Assembly: GCA_000004985.1 (NCBI GenBank)
Contig: GG738879.1
Length of the DNA stretch: 64,000 nt
Reading direction: 5' to 3' (one strand)
Source of the DNA: Naegleria gruberi
Taxonomy: Eukaryota
The position numbers and the translations under genes are program-made. The notes beneath the pieces were generated by a model that searched no databases, was not told where the DNA came from, and was given only the letters and a program-made list of their open reading frames with translations. This document shows, piece after piece, positions 52,427 to 63,526 of this stretch. Within the stretch, counting starts at the first letter, position 1, and the number at the start of each line of letters is the position of its first letter.

Positions 52427-55400
52427 CTACAACTTCTTACATTGTGTCTTATGAACCTTCCAATGTGAAGCTTGGCATTCCTTTGAGCAATAAACAACAG
52501 CTTGACAGGCACCACACTTCTTTTTAGAGTTTGGTTTACCACAACATGCACAGTTGTAAGATTTTGAGGCAGATTCATCAATAGTTGTCTTTTCTTCAGT
52601 TGGTGGTGATGAAACTGAAGTGGTAACAGGACTAGCAACTACCACTTCTTTCCTCTTTTCTTGTTCGATAATTGGTGGAGAGGATACATTTTCTAAAATG
52701 ATTGGTGAGTTAGAGGAAGAGGTTTGAGATGTTGGTAAAGATGTTGGAGGGTGAGTTGATGAAACATTGCATGATGGTTTTGCTTCAGACATTTCAGATT
52801 TCTTTTTAGATTTCTCAGTCCTTACTTCATTGACACCAACAGAAGCAATGGCACTTGGAAGAGATGATTCTTCATAGGTTTCAACTCTTGGTCTAGTTGG
52901 TTTCTTTTCTAAACGTGCTCTTTCTTCCTTTACAAAACTCATACGTAAGCTATCTATCTCGAATATGTCTTGTGGAATAGAAATATCCATCTTTTCCGCA
53001 CTGATATCAGACCAAACAGAAGAGAGTAAGGATGTAAGTTTTTGGTGAGACATTGAAATCAACAATGTAGCAGAAAGTTCTCCCATTTCAGGATGCTTGG
53101 CAATGAGAGGTACAAGCTTTTCAAATAATGTCTTTAGGTTTGGAGCCTTCTTTCCTTTTTCTTTTCTTGCCATGCACCATTTGGCCACACCTTTCGATAT
53201 TTCAGTAAAGACAGAATTTCTAGGTACGAAACGAGCTGGAACTCTAGATCTACTATTCTCTAATGCTGTATTAATTGCATGTTCAAAACCATATGTTTGG
53301 TAAATCTTTACAAGCATGGCATCAGGAAGCATTTCTTGACCATCATAATATAAGCTTCTTTCAATAAAGGCTCTTATGAATGGTACATTAATTGCCTTGA
53401 TTGAACCATCTTTCCATTTCTTCAAACTTTGATACATATCAGAAGCAATATCAGTATTTCCATACACTTTGAAATAATGTGCAGCAAATGTAAAGATATT
53501 TACAAGGAATTTCTTTGCTTCTGGTGCATGATCCACTACATCACACATACAAATAATCCAATCCATAACTGATTCAGTTGGTAATGGAACCATATCATGA
53601 ATACTTTGAATATTCAAACCGCTAATAGTCTCAAAAGCCATCATAAATCCAAAATCAACCTTCTCAGCAATAGCAAAGTAAAAGTTGTGGAAAAATGGAG
53701 TGCAAAACATTTCACGATAGAATCTAAATGTGTAAGGTGTACGAGGAGGTTGTTTCAAATCTGAAAGATTAGTCCATAATACTTCGTAGAGTGTTCTGGT
53801 ATTTTTTTGCTTTCCCACCTTTGGTCTTCCAAACATCATTCTCCAAGCTTGGACTACCTCTTCCTCTTCACTGTTTAATGGTCTGATCTTAATGGTCTCG
53901 TTAATAGCTGATTCTGCAATGTCAAGAGCAACGTTATCAGAGATAACAGTGAAGCAAGCAAATGGTTCATCAGCAAATTTTGTTTTGTATGGCCTGAATT
54001 GTCTGGTTGAGCCCAAATAGGATTTCAAAAAGTTATCACATTGTTTAGTGGAGGGAAAGGAGGTTGCCAGTTGGTCTCTGAGTACTTGTGTATATGCATT
54101 GAATAAAAGACAAGTCACAACATATTCTCCTCCCATATTGTCAACTCTCATTATTCTGAAAATGCCATAACCATCTGAAGCAGTAATAATAAACTTTCCA
54201 GCTATTCCTTTAGTTAACCCTTGCTGTTTGATTTTTTCCTTTAAGGAAGGTTGAATTGGAGCTAATTCGTTTGTTGCAAATTTAGGAGTGGCAGCAAAAA
54301 ATTGTCTACGTTCTTCATTGGTAAACTTTTTAGAAGCGTCAAATTTGGAGACGAATGGTATTCTTTGTTTCTCACCACTTGTCATCCAGTCCTTTGATGT
54401 GGCTGCCATACCAGCCTTAATAGGATCCAGCTTTGAGGTCTTTGGATGCACTTGAATTTGATAAATTAATTGACCAAAACCAAGACAATGAAGCCCTCTC
54501 TTTAAATTTGGAATGGTAGAAAGTGATGCTACTGCCCTAAGAGTATTTAAATCAGGTAAAATATCTCTATCAATCTCAAATGTAGAGTCTAAAGTATGGT
54601 AAAGAGCAGGAAGTAGTGCCTCAAGTAAACACCCCAACTTGTCACTAACAAATGCACCATTAGCAATGAACCTACATAATGAAGGAGATAGAACTGACTT
54701 GGCAGTACTTCCAAAAGAAAGTATGATTTTGAAGAATTCACTGTCTTTCTCGAGAATATCTACACACTTTAAAGATTTTTCGATATGTTCTGGCTTTAAG
54801 TGAGCAACTGCAAAAATGTTGGCTAATACTTCAAATCCATTATCTGGGGAAGCCTGTAAAAACTTTTTCAAACATTCTAATTGATTCTTTTCAGTAATAA
54901 GCTCAAACACATGTTCTTCACACTTTGAAATGTAGTTAAATGCCTCTTGTCTATCCTTAATGGAGTTTTGGATATTACTAATAGTATTCAAATGTTGTTG
55001 GTAATTGAAATCAAAGCTAAGAGCTAACAGGCTGAATTTTTCGTCGTCAATTCTTGGGCACATTGGACAATGCTTCTTTTTCTTTGCAGCATAAACGGTA
55101 GCTGCTTCTTTAACTTCTTCTACTTTTGATTTACTCATGCTGCTAAGTGTTGCCTTTTCCCATTTCTTTGAAACATCACCACTATATGTTAATAGGAAAG
55201 TGATTATGTGCATTAGAGTTTCCCAACCACCAAATTCTGGATCATCAAAACCAAACATTAGTGGTGAAACTTTTTCAATGTGGTGAGCCTGTGTCAAAAA
55301 ACTAGTTGGATTGATCAGTTGGGATAGTTTGACATTCTCAACACCCAAATAAATAACAGCATCCATCATTTGACTATATGTATCGACATCAATGATGACA

Positions 55401-58171
55401 TTCCTTAACATATCAGAAAGCTTCTCATTATTATGATCAAATTTTGTAGAACCTTCAAAGTACTTCAATCTTTGGTCTTTTGACATATTTCTGAGGTACG
55501 AATAGATTTCTCTTCTGTGAGGAGTAAATTTCTTATCAATAACTATTAGGCACTTTTTAATCATCTCGTCTAACATTTCTCCTATTTTCTCAGAGTGTTC
55601 ATATTGCTCTTTTGGTATTGTTGCTTTCATCTTTTCCAAAATACTTGTAAATCCTTCTTTCTCTACCATATCCTTAAAGTATGAGAAATCATTTAAACCC
55701 TTTTCCAATTTATCAAAATCTGTCTCAACAGGTTTTTCAACTTCTTGTTGCTTGAGCTTTTTGAAAAGTGTTACCATAGATTCATTGTCAGGATCCTTTG
55801 CTAAAGCAATTTTGACAACTTTGATTGCCTCATCAATTCGTTTCAAAGCTTCGAGTGACATTGCTTTTCTAAAATAACCTTTCACAAAATTAGTATCAGC
55901 TTTGATAGAGTCTTCAGCACATGAAAGAGCTCTTTCAAAATGCTTCAAATTAAAGAAGCAAGCAGACATATTCGAATATAATATTGGTTTTAAACTAGAA
56001 GAGCATTCAGGGTGCTTGATTGCCTTGTTATAGAAATCTAAAGCCTTCATACAGGCACCTTTTTTGAACTCTTCATTACCCTTATTCTTCAAATCCTCAG
56101 GAGACTCTGTTGATGATTCAGATTTTTTGGTTTCAGATTTAGCATCAGTTTTAGGCTCAGTTGTGGATGTCTTTTCGCTTGTTGATGTATTTCTAATCTT
56201 GGAAAGGAGGTTTAAAACTTCAGAATCTGTAACTTCCAAAGATCTAGGTAATATTAAAACAGAACCATCAGCTCTATCTAAAATGTATTTGACAAGTTTG
56301 TCTTTTGAACTAGTTCTGTACAATAAGTTCTGAATTTCCTTCTTAGATATCTTTAAACCAAATAGAAATAAAGCATCAATACATTTTTCGAAAGAAAGAT
56401 CTTTCGAATGTGGCTGGTCATGATTGTCACATCGTTGACAGGTTTCACCACCTTTTACACAATCATAAACACTGGTTGAAAATATTGTTTCAATACCAGT
56501 TAGCAAAATGTCATTTGTAATTTTCTTTCTTTTCAATAGATAGGAAAGAATCTCGACTGTTGGCCTCCAATTTCCTTGATTAACAGCCATTTCAAATGGG
56601 CTCGGCATACCACCACTTGAAAAAAGAGGATTACCTGATTTTTCACAGAAAAATTGCACAATTTCTCTTGAGCGATCATAATAGCATGAAAAATGGAATG
56701 GATTAGGTTCATATGGAGTTCTAATGGGTGCTCCATGCTCCACCAACAGCTTGACAGCCTCCAAGTTGTTCAAATCAACAGCCTTATGGAGAAGTGAAAG
56801 ATGTACCTGAGTTCTGGCATTAGGGAAATATAGTTTAGAATAAACCTGGAAGAAGTTTTGGACTGGTTTGCTATGGTCGAAGTGTTTTCTTTTTAGTTTG
56901 TGCTCTTCACCACTAAGACAAAGATGAGAGTTCACAATATTTACATTTTTGATGGCATACTCTAAAGCATCAGGATTTGCAAGCCATAAATCAAGATTAT
57001 CTGAAACGTATTGGGAATCAGCACTAAATGATGGAGCCTCTCCAACTGTACTAGAAAAGCTTCTAGGAAATCCAACATTGGCCAACTTTCTTATTCCCAA
57101 AAGATATTCAAAAACGTAAGAAGACCATTCTCCAGCTGCAGAAAGTGGGCTTTTTACAATGGCTACATCTTGGTCAACATTTTTACGTTCTGCATACTTG
57201 ATTTGGTCTTCTACTGAATTATATTGTGGAGTCTTCTTGTTTACAATATAGTCACACAATCCAAAACTCCAAAGTAAATATTTGGAAGAACTCAATTTTA
57301 ACATTTCCACATCTTTCTTCATGAAATCATAAGCTTCCTTCCATCGTCCAAGTTTCATTAAGCATTCTGGAATATTAGCTTGAAAATTGCAATATGAAAC
57401 CATCATTCCATGAATTTCTGAATCTAACTTTTGAGCTCTATAATAGGCATCAAGAGCTTCTTCATACCTTCCCATTCTTCGTAAAACATTGGCTTCTCCA
57501 ATTATTGCTCTAAAATATTGTCTAAATTGATGATGAAGCCAATTTCCAGTCTTGTCAAGTTTAGAATTGGTTGGATGGTAATAATTATCTTTTTTAGATT
57601 GTCCTTGTCTATAATATTGAAGTGCTTCCTCAAAATTCTTTGCCTTGTACATTGCTAAGAGGTTGTAGGCTTCAATACAATTTGGAGAGAGTTTTAATGC
57701 TTCGGAAATTTGTTTCTCAAGCTTCTCTGGGGTGTTAACATAGTCATGAGCACCGTGTGCAATTTTTGAAGCTTGATAATCGTTTCTAGTCTTGTACATA
57801 TCTGGTGATTGATGCATCATGTCATGAGCAGGAGAACCAGCTGCATTTCTGTGTTCTGAAAAGTCTCTTGAAAGAGCCTTCACATCATGATCATCTGGAT
57901 TCTTGTAGTATTGTTCGATCATGTAAATCTTCTTTTGTTTTTCGTTTAGTTCCGAAGGTGCAGAATCATGCTTTTCATAAATATTACACAACCTGAGAAC
58001 TCTCAAGAGTGTATCTAATTGCTTTTCAGTTAGGTTGTTCAGCACACCTGATGGTCCAAAAACTCTCGGAAGTGATTGGGTCAAACTTTCAAATTCACAT
58101 GGTTGTGTTGGATTATTGCAAGAGCTTTGAATTGGATAACCCAATTGTTGTGCAAACCAATTAGCATCCAT
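52427..58171 (-). CDS. Giant TPR-repeat / ankyrin / MYND zinc-finger protein, 1914 aa.
   Basis: ATG at 58171. TPR-like blocks include EAYNLLAMYKAKNFEEALQYYRQG and AEDLKNKGNEEFKKGACMKALDFYNKAIK. An ANK-like segment is LLHKAVDLNNLEAVKLLVEHGAPI. The C-terminal MYND finger is CACCGKPNSKKKCGACQAVVYCSKECQASHWKVHKTQC. Confidence 0.75.
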   Translation of the reverse strand: MDANWFAQQLGYPIQSSCNNPTQPCEFESLTQSLPRVFGPSGVLNNLTEKQLDTLLRVLRLCNIYEKHDSAPSELNEKQKKIYMIEQYYKNPDDHDVKALSRDFSEHRNAAGSPAHDMMHQSPDMYKTRNDYQASKIAHGAHDYVNTPEKLEKQISEALKLSPNCIEAYNLLAMYKAKNFEEALQYYRQGQSKKDNYYHPTNSKLDKTGNWLHHQFRQYFRAIIGEANVLRRMGRYEEALDAYYRAQKLDSEIHGMMVSYCNFQANIPECLMKLGRWKEAYDFMKKDVEMLKLSSSKYLLWSFGLCDYIVNKKTPQYNSVEDQIKYAERKNVDQDVAIVKSPLSAAGEWSSYVFEYLLGIRKLANVGFPRSFSSTVGEAPSFSADSQYVSDNLDLWLANPDALEYAIKNVNIVNSHLCLSGEEHKLKRKHFDHSKPVQNFFQVYSKLYFPNARTQVHLSLLHKAVDLNNLEAVKLLVEHGAPIRTPYEPNPFHFSCYYDRSREIVQFFCEKSGNPLFSSGGMPSPFEMAVNQGNWRPTVEILSYLLKRKKITNDILLTGIETIFSTSVYDCVKGGETCQRCDNHDQPHSKDLSFEKCIDALFLFGLKISKKEIQNLLYRTSSKDKLVKYILDRADGSVLILPRSLEVTDSEVLNLLSKIRNTSTSEKTSTTEPKTDAKSETKKSESSTESPEDLKNKGNEEFKKGACMKALDFYNKAIKHPECSSSLKPILYSNMSACFFNLKHFERALSCAEDSIKADTNFVKGYFRKAMSLEALKRIDEAIKVVKIALAKDPDNESMVTLFKKLKQQEVEKPVETDFDKLEKGLNDFSYFKDMVEKEGFTSILEKMKATIPKEQYEHSEKIGEMLDEMIKKCLIVIDKKFTPHRREIYSYLRNMSKDQRLKYFEGSTKFDHNNEKLSDMLRNVIIDVDTYSQMMDAVIYLGVENVKLSQLINPTSFLTQAHHIEKVSPLMFGFDDPEFGGWETLMHIITFLLTYSGDVSKKWEKATLSSMSKSKVEEVKEAATVYAAKKKKHCPMCPRIDDEKFSLLALSFDFNYQQHLNTISNIQNSIKDRQEAFNYISKCEEHVFELITEKNQLECLKKFLQASPDNGFEVLANIFAVAHLKPEHIEKSLKCVDILEKDSEFFKIILSFGSTAKSVLSPSLCRFIANGAFVSDKLGCLLEALLPALYHTLDSTFEIDRDILPDLNTLRAVASLSTIPNLKRGLHCLGFGQLIYQIQVHPKTSKLDPIKAGMAATSKDWMTSGEKQRIPFVSKFDASKKFTNEERRQFFAATPKFATNELAPIQPSLKEKIKQQGLTKGIAGKFIITASDGYGIFRIMRVDNMGGEYVVTCLLFNAYTQVLRDQLATSFPSTKQCDNFLKSYLGSTRQFRPYKTKFADEPFACFTVISDNVALDIAESAINETIKIRPLNSEEEEVVQAWRMMFGRPKVGKQKNTRTLYEVLWTNLSDLKQPPRTPYTFRFYREMFCTPFFHNFYFAIAEKVDFGFMMAFETISGLNIQSIHDMVPLPTESVMDWIICMCDVVDHAPEAKKFLVNIFTFAAHYFKVYGNTDIASDMYQSLKKWKDGSIKAINVPFIRAFIERSLYYDGQEMLPDAMLVKIYQTYGFEHAINTALENSRSRVPARFVPRNSVFTEISKGVAKWCMARKEKGKKAPNLKTLFEKLVPLIAKHPEMGELSATLLISMSHQKLTSLLSSVWSDISAEKMDISIPQDIFEIDSLRMSFVKEERARLEKKPTRPRVETYEESSLPSAIASVGVNEVRTEKSKKKSEMSEAKPSCNVSSTHPPTSLPTSQTSSSNSPIILENVSSPPIIEQEKRKEVVVASPVTTSVSSPPTEEKTTIDESASKSYNCACCGKPNSKKKCGACQAVVYCSKECQASHWKVHKTQCKKL

Positions 58172-58349
58172 TTTCTTGTTAATATTCTGATGTGACTGTT
58201 GTATGATGTTGTTTTAATTTTTTTGTTGTTGTTAGGCTTCGTTTATTTGTTCGACCTTGTAATGGCTTTGTTGGTTACCAATGTTTCGAAGGCTTGTTTA
58301 CAAAAACTTCAAAGGCTTGTTTAATCAATGTCATTCTAAAGCGATGTGT

Positions 58350-59270
58350 TTATTTATCATCATATGTGGCGTGTCCTAAAACATCATCTGCCACAGAAAT
58401 TTCATATTCTTCGTCACTGTCTTCATCTTGATTGACTCCTCTGTAATAATAATTAGAGGCACTCAAATCCAAACAGTCACCACTACACAGCAATCCACAT
58501 AAAAAACAGAAAACTCCAATTATTGTAATAACAATTAAAATTCCAAATGAAATCCACTTGTAGTGACACCAAAAAGAAGCTCTTGTCAAGTAATCTCTTG
58601 TTATTTTCATTGGGCTAAAGAAATCATAATGAAAAGTTGCTGATATAGTATTCAAATGTTCTAATACTCCAAATATTACATGAACTATTGGTGACAAACA
58701 CATGACATTGGCAAGTGTTTTGTTCGTGGACGAAAATATCGAATATAATACACATGAAATAAATACAGAAACTGAAGGAATAAAGTATAATAAATCAATC
58801 AACTCGTAAAGTAAATGTAAATATCTTCCTCTTGTACCAATATGCTGCAAAAATTCAACTCCCAAACTTCCATCAAATCCTCGCAGTGAATTATTCAACA
58901 TGGTAAACTCGGACGAAATAAATAATCGAGACCAAACATATTGAAAAATCCACGTGCCAATAATATTTAAAAACAATAGTAATATACTTCGTAGATTGGC
59001 ATTTGATTTTATAAATCCTAAAAGGGAGACTATTCCTTCTTTGCAAAACTCAGCAATATTTAATATGATATATTTAAAATAATTATTTGATGGTAGAGAG
59101 GATCTGTGTGATGATGAGGATCTTCGTGATTGTGTTGTAGTTGTTGATGTTGTTATTATTGTGTTGGGTGATGATGTTGTGGAAGATCCTCTAATAGTGG
59201 CTGAAGAACCACCACTCTGCAAAGACGACACATTCACAATTGTGTGATGTGCAGTTGATGTTTTGTGCAT
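58350..59270 (-). CDS. Multi-pass membrane protein (306 aa); hypothetical.
   Basis: ATG at 59270. The N-terminus is S/T-rich. It is followed by 5-6 hydrophobic helices and an acidic C-terminal tail (DEDSDEEYE). Confidence 0.55.
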   Translation of the reverse strand: MHKTSTAHHTIVNVSSLQSGGSSATIRGSSTTSSPNTIITTSTTTTQSRRSSSSHRSSLPSNNYFKYIILNIAEFCKEGIVSLLGFIKSNANLRSILLLFLNIIGTWIFQYVWSRLFISSEFTMLNNSLRGFDGSLGVEFLQHIGTRGRYLHLLYELIDLLYFIPSVSVFISCVLYSIFSSTNKTLANVMCLSPIVHVIFGVLEHLNTISATFHYDFFSPMKITRDYLTRASFWCHYKWISFGILIVITIIGVFCFLCGLLCSGDCLDLSASNYYYRGVNQDEDSDEEYEISVADDVLGHATYDDK

Positions 59271-59381
59271 TTTTTGTAATGTTGTTTGTGGATTAAAATC
59301 AATTAGACAATGACACTTATTTGGAGACAGTTGCGGGTTACTAATTAAAACTGTTATCTTGAAACTAAGTGCATTAGTTTA

Positions 59382-60644
59382 TTATGGCTTATTAATTGGT
59401 GGACGAACTGTTGTAAATTGAGTTTGTGAAGGGTTCGTGTTAGGAGTTGGTCTTGTGGTTTGGATTGGAGCATTGTGTGTTACTGTAGGCATTCTAGTAG
59501 TGGCAACAGATGCAATGTTAGAGTAGTCAATATTTGGTAAACTAGTGGTTGGAGGACTTGTGTTGGCATATTTCTCTTCTGCAACTTCGAATGGAAGTAA
59601 TTTTCCAAATAAAAAGTGTTGAATGACAACAAATTTGAATAATACTTCATCGTAATACATCTTAATTAATCCTGAATTAATCTTGGTCCATCTTGGAACT
59701 CCACTAATATCATTAAGAAGAGGAGAATGCTCACCGAATGGTCCCTTTTTAACTCTATTAATGAAATCAATACCAGCCAAATACAAGTATCTATCAGAGT
59801 ATCTTTCCACAAGGCCTCTGTCATGAATTGAGGTTGGTTTGATTTCTTCTGGATTATTAATTAATTGAGAACTTCCCCAAATATAAGTTAAGAATTGGTG
59901 ATCATCCAGACCCCAAACACCATGAGAACCAGCAGGCTCTAATTTGTAGAATAATAAAACCTTTCTCATAAAATCGATATATCTAGGGAAAATAACAGAG
60001 ACAAGAGCAAATGAATCTCTGAGAGTTACAATATTCAATCTAGCTAAACAGCACATCCAAGCACAAAAAGTTGCTTCGTGACCAGTACCATAATCAATTC
60101 TAGTCTTGTTTCCAAAACTATCCTTCCAATATGCACTTAATTCTTTTCTATGCCATTCCTCTTTCTTATTATACATTGTATATACACCTGATTCGTCACT
60201 TGCTGGTGAAGAATGTTCCAAAGCTTTATCTAACAATGAATCCATCATTCTATCAGCTTCCGAAGACATTTTATCAGACCAATCACGATATGATAAATTA
60301 CCAAATCTTGAAGTTTGTCCATCTCTAAATTCTACTGGTGGAAATTGTTCCATATAAGCTTCCAAATCGTCGAAAAATGTTAATACCATCTCCAATACTG
60401 GTGAGAGTTTTATATTTGCATCACTAGGAAGAGGTTTGGATTTTATCGATTCATTCAATTCACGCACAAAGTTATCAAAGATAAGAAAGGCTTTCGATTT
60501 TTTAAATTTGATCATATCATGTTGTGTTTTAATCTTTTTATGTGGAACTTCCTCATCATGCACCTCCAATTTTGCTTCAAACTCCTGTTCTAATTTTTGT
60601 TGCATTGGAGAGTGAGCAGTGGTTAGAACGCTATCGTTAATCAT
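59382..60644 (-). CDS. Serine/threonine-protein phosphatase 2A activator (PTPA/Rrd family), 420 aa.
   Basis: Motifs present are RIDYGTGHEATFCAWMCCL and AGSHGVWGLDDHQFLTYIWGSSQL. The C-terminal tail is Pro/Thr-rich. ATG at 60644. Confidence 0.85.
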   Translation of the reverse strand: MINDSVLTTAHSPMQQKLEQEFEAKLEVHDEEVPHKKIKTQHDMIKFKKSKAFLIFDNFVRELNESIKSKPLPSDANIKLSPVLEMVLTFFDDLEAYMEQFPPVEFRDGQTSRFGNLSYRDWSDKMSSEADRMMDSLLDKALEHSSPASDESGVYTMYNKKEEWHRKELSAYWKDSFGNKTRIDYGTGHEATFCAWMCCLARLNIVTLRDSFALVSVIFPRYIDFMRKVLLFYKLEPAGSHGVWGLDDHQFLTYIWGSSQLINNPEEIKPTSIHDRGLVERYSDRYLYLAGIDFINRVKKGPFGEHSPLLNDISGVPRWTKINSGLIKMYYDEVLFKFVVIQHFLFGKLLPFEVAEEKYANTSPPTTSLPNIDYSNIASVATTRMPTVTHNAPIQTTRPTPNTNPSQTQFTTVRPPINKP

Positions 60645-60752
60645 TTTTTTTAATTTTATTAATAACTCGATTAATTAATATTTAAAATTATGTACTATTA
60701 TGCTTTTGTTTACAAAATTAAATAGTATCAGCTGCAATAACATAGAATAAAA

Positions 60753-62570
60753 ATGCCAACAGAGGAAACAACAGGCAACAACCAACAACAGAGGAAAAAA
60801 AGACTTACCGATAGTAAGAGATTTTATGTAATAGCAGCCTTCTTTATTTATGTGTTGGCCGGTTTTGCTGTTTGGTGGTTCTCAACAGGAGCCTATCAAT
60901 CACTTTTTCCTCATGAAGATATTAAACAACTCTTGGAAAAGGATGCTTCACATTCCCTTCTTCCTTCAATTATTATAGTGGCCCATTATATTAATTTCAA
61001 GTCATCACCATCGGTGGGTCATAGTTTATCATCTAAAAAGTTTATTGGATCCATCAATAATTGGACAATAGAACAATTAAATAATGTAAATGGTGATGAT
61101 CAGAAAATTGATGAATTATTGAACGAGTGGATACAAGCAAAGAAACTTGATAAACCTAATCACTATCATTTATTTATTATTTCCGGCCAAGACAAGGAAA
61201 CTACTTTATATTTAGGAAAACATAGACATGCTTGGACAATTTTAGGTGCTGATAATGGAGTTTCCTCTATTTTCGAGTTGTATTTTAACATTTTAACTAA
61301 TAGCAATACATCACCTTCAAAATCTAATCAAATCAAGAATATGTATGATGAATTTGGAGATTTAGCATCGGATATTATTGATGATAGTGATATTACTGTC
61401 AGTAAGACTGCTATGAAATATAGAATTACATTCAATGTTGTAAATATGGCTCCATTCAGAAATTACATGTTTGATTGGGGTTCAGAAACTATTAATTTTG
61501 AGAATTATATTAGATCATTCACTGATTCTATTTCTAATTTAGCAGATTTTCTTATTGAATGGAAGACAGTAATGTATGGTAATTTACCAGTTAGTGGTCT
61601 TCATTCAAAATCAGCTGATGTGTCCAAGTTAAGGAAATATAAAACCTTCCAAAACTTTGAAAGGAGAAATTCAAATGATGTCGATGCTGCCAATGCTACA
61701 GCTTTAGTTCCAGAAGGGCAAGAACCTTACTATGAAATTGATGCCAGATCTATGCAATTCTTATTGAATGAAAATAATGATTGGAAGTTTGTTTCACAGG
61801 ATGCCAATGAAACATCCATTCAATTTTTAGTTTTAATTCCTCCAAAAGAAAGCACTCCACTCTTAGTTAGAAAGTATGACGGATCAGTGAGTCAACACAA
61901 TTCTTACATTGTACCAAGATGGGGAGGTGTTCTAGTTTTTAACCCTTCTAAACATGTTTACAAAAATACTGGATTGAAGACCTTGGATTCGGAAGATGTC
62001 CAATACATTATGGAAGTATTCACTAATCAATTGAGAAGACTTCTTTCCATTCCCCCACCAACACCATCCACAGTTAAGATTGATTCGAAAGGATTATCAA
62101 AGGTAAAAATTACATACATTTCCTCCTTGAAATTTGGTGTATCACAATGGGAAATTGATCAATTATATAGACACAGAATTCAAAATAACTTACTCAGAGC
62201 TGTTGAAACTCTCAAATCCATGTCTAGAGTAGTTTACAATATGCCTAATGTATATGTGTGGGATATTGTAGCTGAACTCACAAGAGAATCCATTGAGAAT
62301 GTCCACCAGGCACTTTCAATGATTAATAATAATGAGATTGAGAAATTAGATGAGCTTTTGGCCAAATCCAAAACAGCTATTTATAGTGCTGAGAGAGCTT
62401 TCGGTCATGAATCAATGCTCTCAATGCTTCACTTCCCAGATTCTCAAAAATTAGCAATTTATTTACCTCTTGTTCTTCCAATAGTTATTACAATTCTTGT
62501 TGGTTTTAAGAGAGAGAAGAATGTTCTTGCTGATAAACTGAAACCAACCCCAGCAGCTCAACAAGAATAA
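60753..62570 (+). CDS. PIG-S-like GPI-transamidase subunit candidate, 605 aa.
   Basis: Topology has an N-terminal TM (FYVIAAFFIYVLAGFAVWWF), a lumenal domain of about 520 aa and a C-terminal TM (FPDSQKLAIYLPLVLPIVITILVGF). The assignment rests on this topology and the C-terminal motif only. Confidence 0.5.
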   Translation: MPTEETTGNNQQQRKKRLTDSKRFYVIAAFFIYVLAGFAVWWFSTGAYQSLFPHEDIKQLLEKDASHSLLPSIIIVAHYINFKSSPSVGHSLSSKKFIGSINNWTIEQLNNVNGDDQKIDELLNEWIQAKKLDKPNHYHLFIISGQDKETTLYLGKHRHAWTILGADNGVSSIFELYFNILTNSNTSPSKSNQIKNMYDEFGDLASDIIDDSDITVSKTAMKYRITFNVVNMAPFRNYMFDWGSETINFENYIRSFTDSISNLADFLIEWKTVMYGNLPVSGLHSKSADVSKLRKYKTFQNFERRNSNDVDAANATALVPEGQEPYYEIDARSMQFLLNENNDWKFVSQDANETSIQFLVLIPPKESTPLLVRKYDGSVSQHNSYIVPRWGGVLVFNPSKHVYKNTGLKTLDSEDVQYIMEVFTNQLRRLLSIPPPTPSTVKIDSKGLSKVKITYISSLKFGVSQWEIDQLYRHRIQNNLLRAVETLKSMSRVVYNMPNVYVWDIVAELTRESIENVHQALSMINNNEIEKLDELLAKSKTAIYSAERAFGHESMLSMLHFPDSQKLAIYLPLVLPIVITILVGFKREKNVLADKLKPTPAAQQE

Positions 62571-62571
62571 A

Positions 62572-63270
62572 CTAAAGAGTTTCGTAAGAAAAATCCTCCT
62601 TTCCACTCTTAATATTAGAAAAGGTTGAAGATTCTTGATAATTTAAGAAAAGTTTGTGAACTAGTGCATAGGAAATAATTGCCAAACTAATAACATAGTG
62701 AATGAGTGCAATACCAATCTGAATTGATACAGTTATCACAACCGATAATTGTTCATGTGCTCTCCAAAAAAGGATGATTCCAATCAATAGCCCAACCATT
62801 TGAGTAGCCATAGACATTACTGAGGACATTAAAAAAGAAGATGTGAACAATTTGTGAATTACAACATGAGAATGATTTTCAAATTCACTATAATACTCAA
62901 TTTCAACTCCATTTTCATGCCTTATTTCACCTACATTGTCTTGAGGAGAGGCCTGTTGGATAGCTAATCTTTCAGCCTCCTTCTTTACAGTTTTGAAAAA
63001 GATGTAATTCAGTCCAATCTTTAAAACTGCCAACACACCAATTACTATATACAAAAATAGGAAAAGTGGCCACAAGGCAAAAATGTCCTCTTTTCTCTCT
63101 TCTCTGAGAGGGTAAGGTTCACTAGAATCGAAAGTTTCACTCACAAACTCTACAGTTGATATGATTAGTAATGCTAGGTTGACCACTATCAAAACTTCTC
63201 CTAAACTATACGAAACCACAACAATTTTTTGAGATTTTTGCAAACTCCTCATAACTGATTGGAAGATCAT
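62572..63270 (-). CDS. Multi-pass membrane protein (232 aa); hypothetical.
   Basis: ATG at 63270. There are 4-5 TM helices. The stop codon (62572-62574) lies 1 nt from the stop of the convergent PIG-S-like gene. Confidence 0.5.
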   Translation of the reverse strand: MIFQSVMRSLQKSQKIVVVSYSLGEVLIVVNLALLIISTVEFVSETFDSSEPYPLREERKEDIFALWPLFLFLYIVIGVLAVLKIGLNYIFFKTVKKEAERLAIQQASPQDNVGEIRHENGVEIEYYSEFENHSHVVIHKLFTSSFLMSSVMSMATQMVGLLIGIILFWRAHEQLSVVITVSIQIGIALIHYVISLAIISYALVHKLFLNYQESSTFSNIKSGKEDFSYETL

Positions 63271-63526
63271 TTTTTTTAATGATTTGTTTTTGACTTCTGC
63301 CTATTGAAATTGTTTATTATTTTGGAGGTTATTCTTAATTGGTACTTTTGGAGTGAAAGAGACAAATTGAATTAATTTGTAAATAATAAATCTAAGGAAA
63401 ATTCTATAATTGGAAAATCGTTTAAAGTCAAGCGAATGGACAATATGATTTTCATCTCAATACCTTAATTCTTGTAAATAAAATTAAATACAAAGAAAAT
63501 ATAAATATTAAATAATTAAAAAAAAA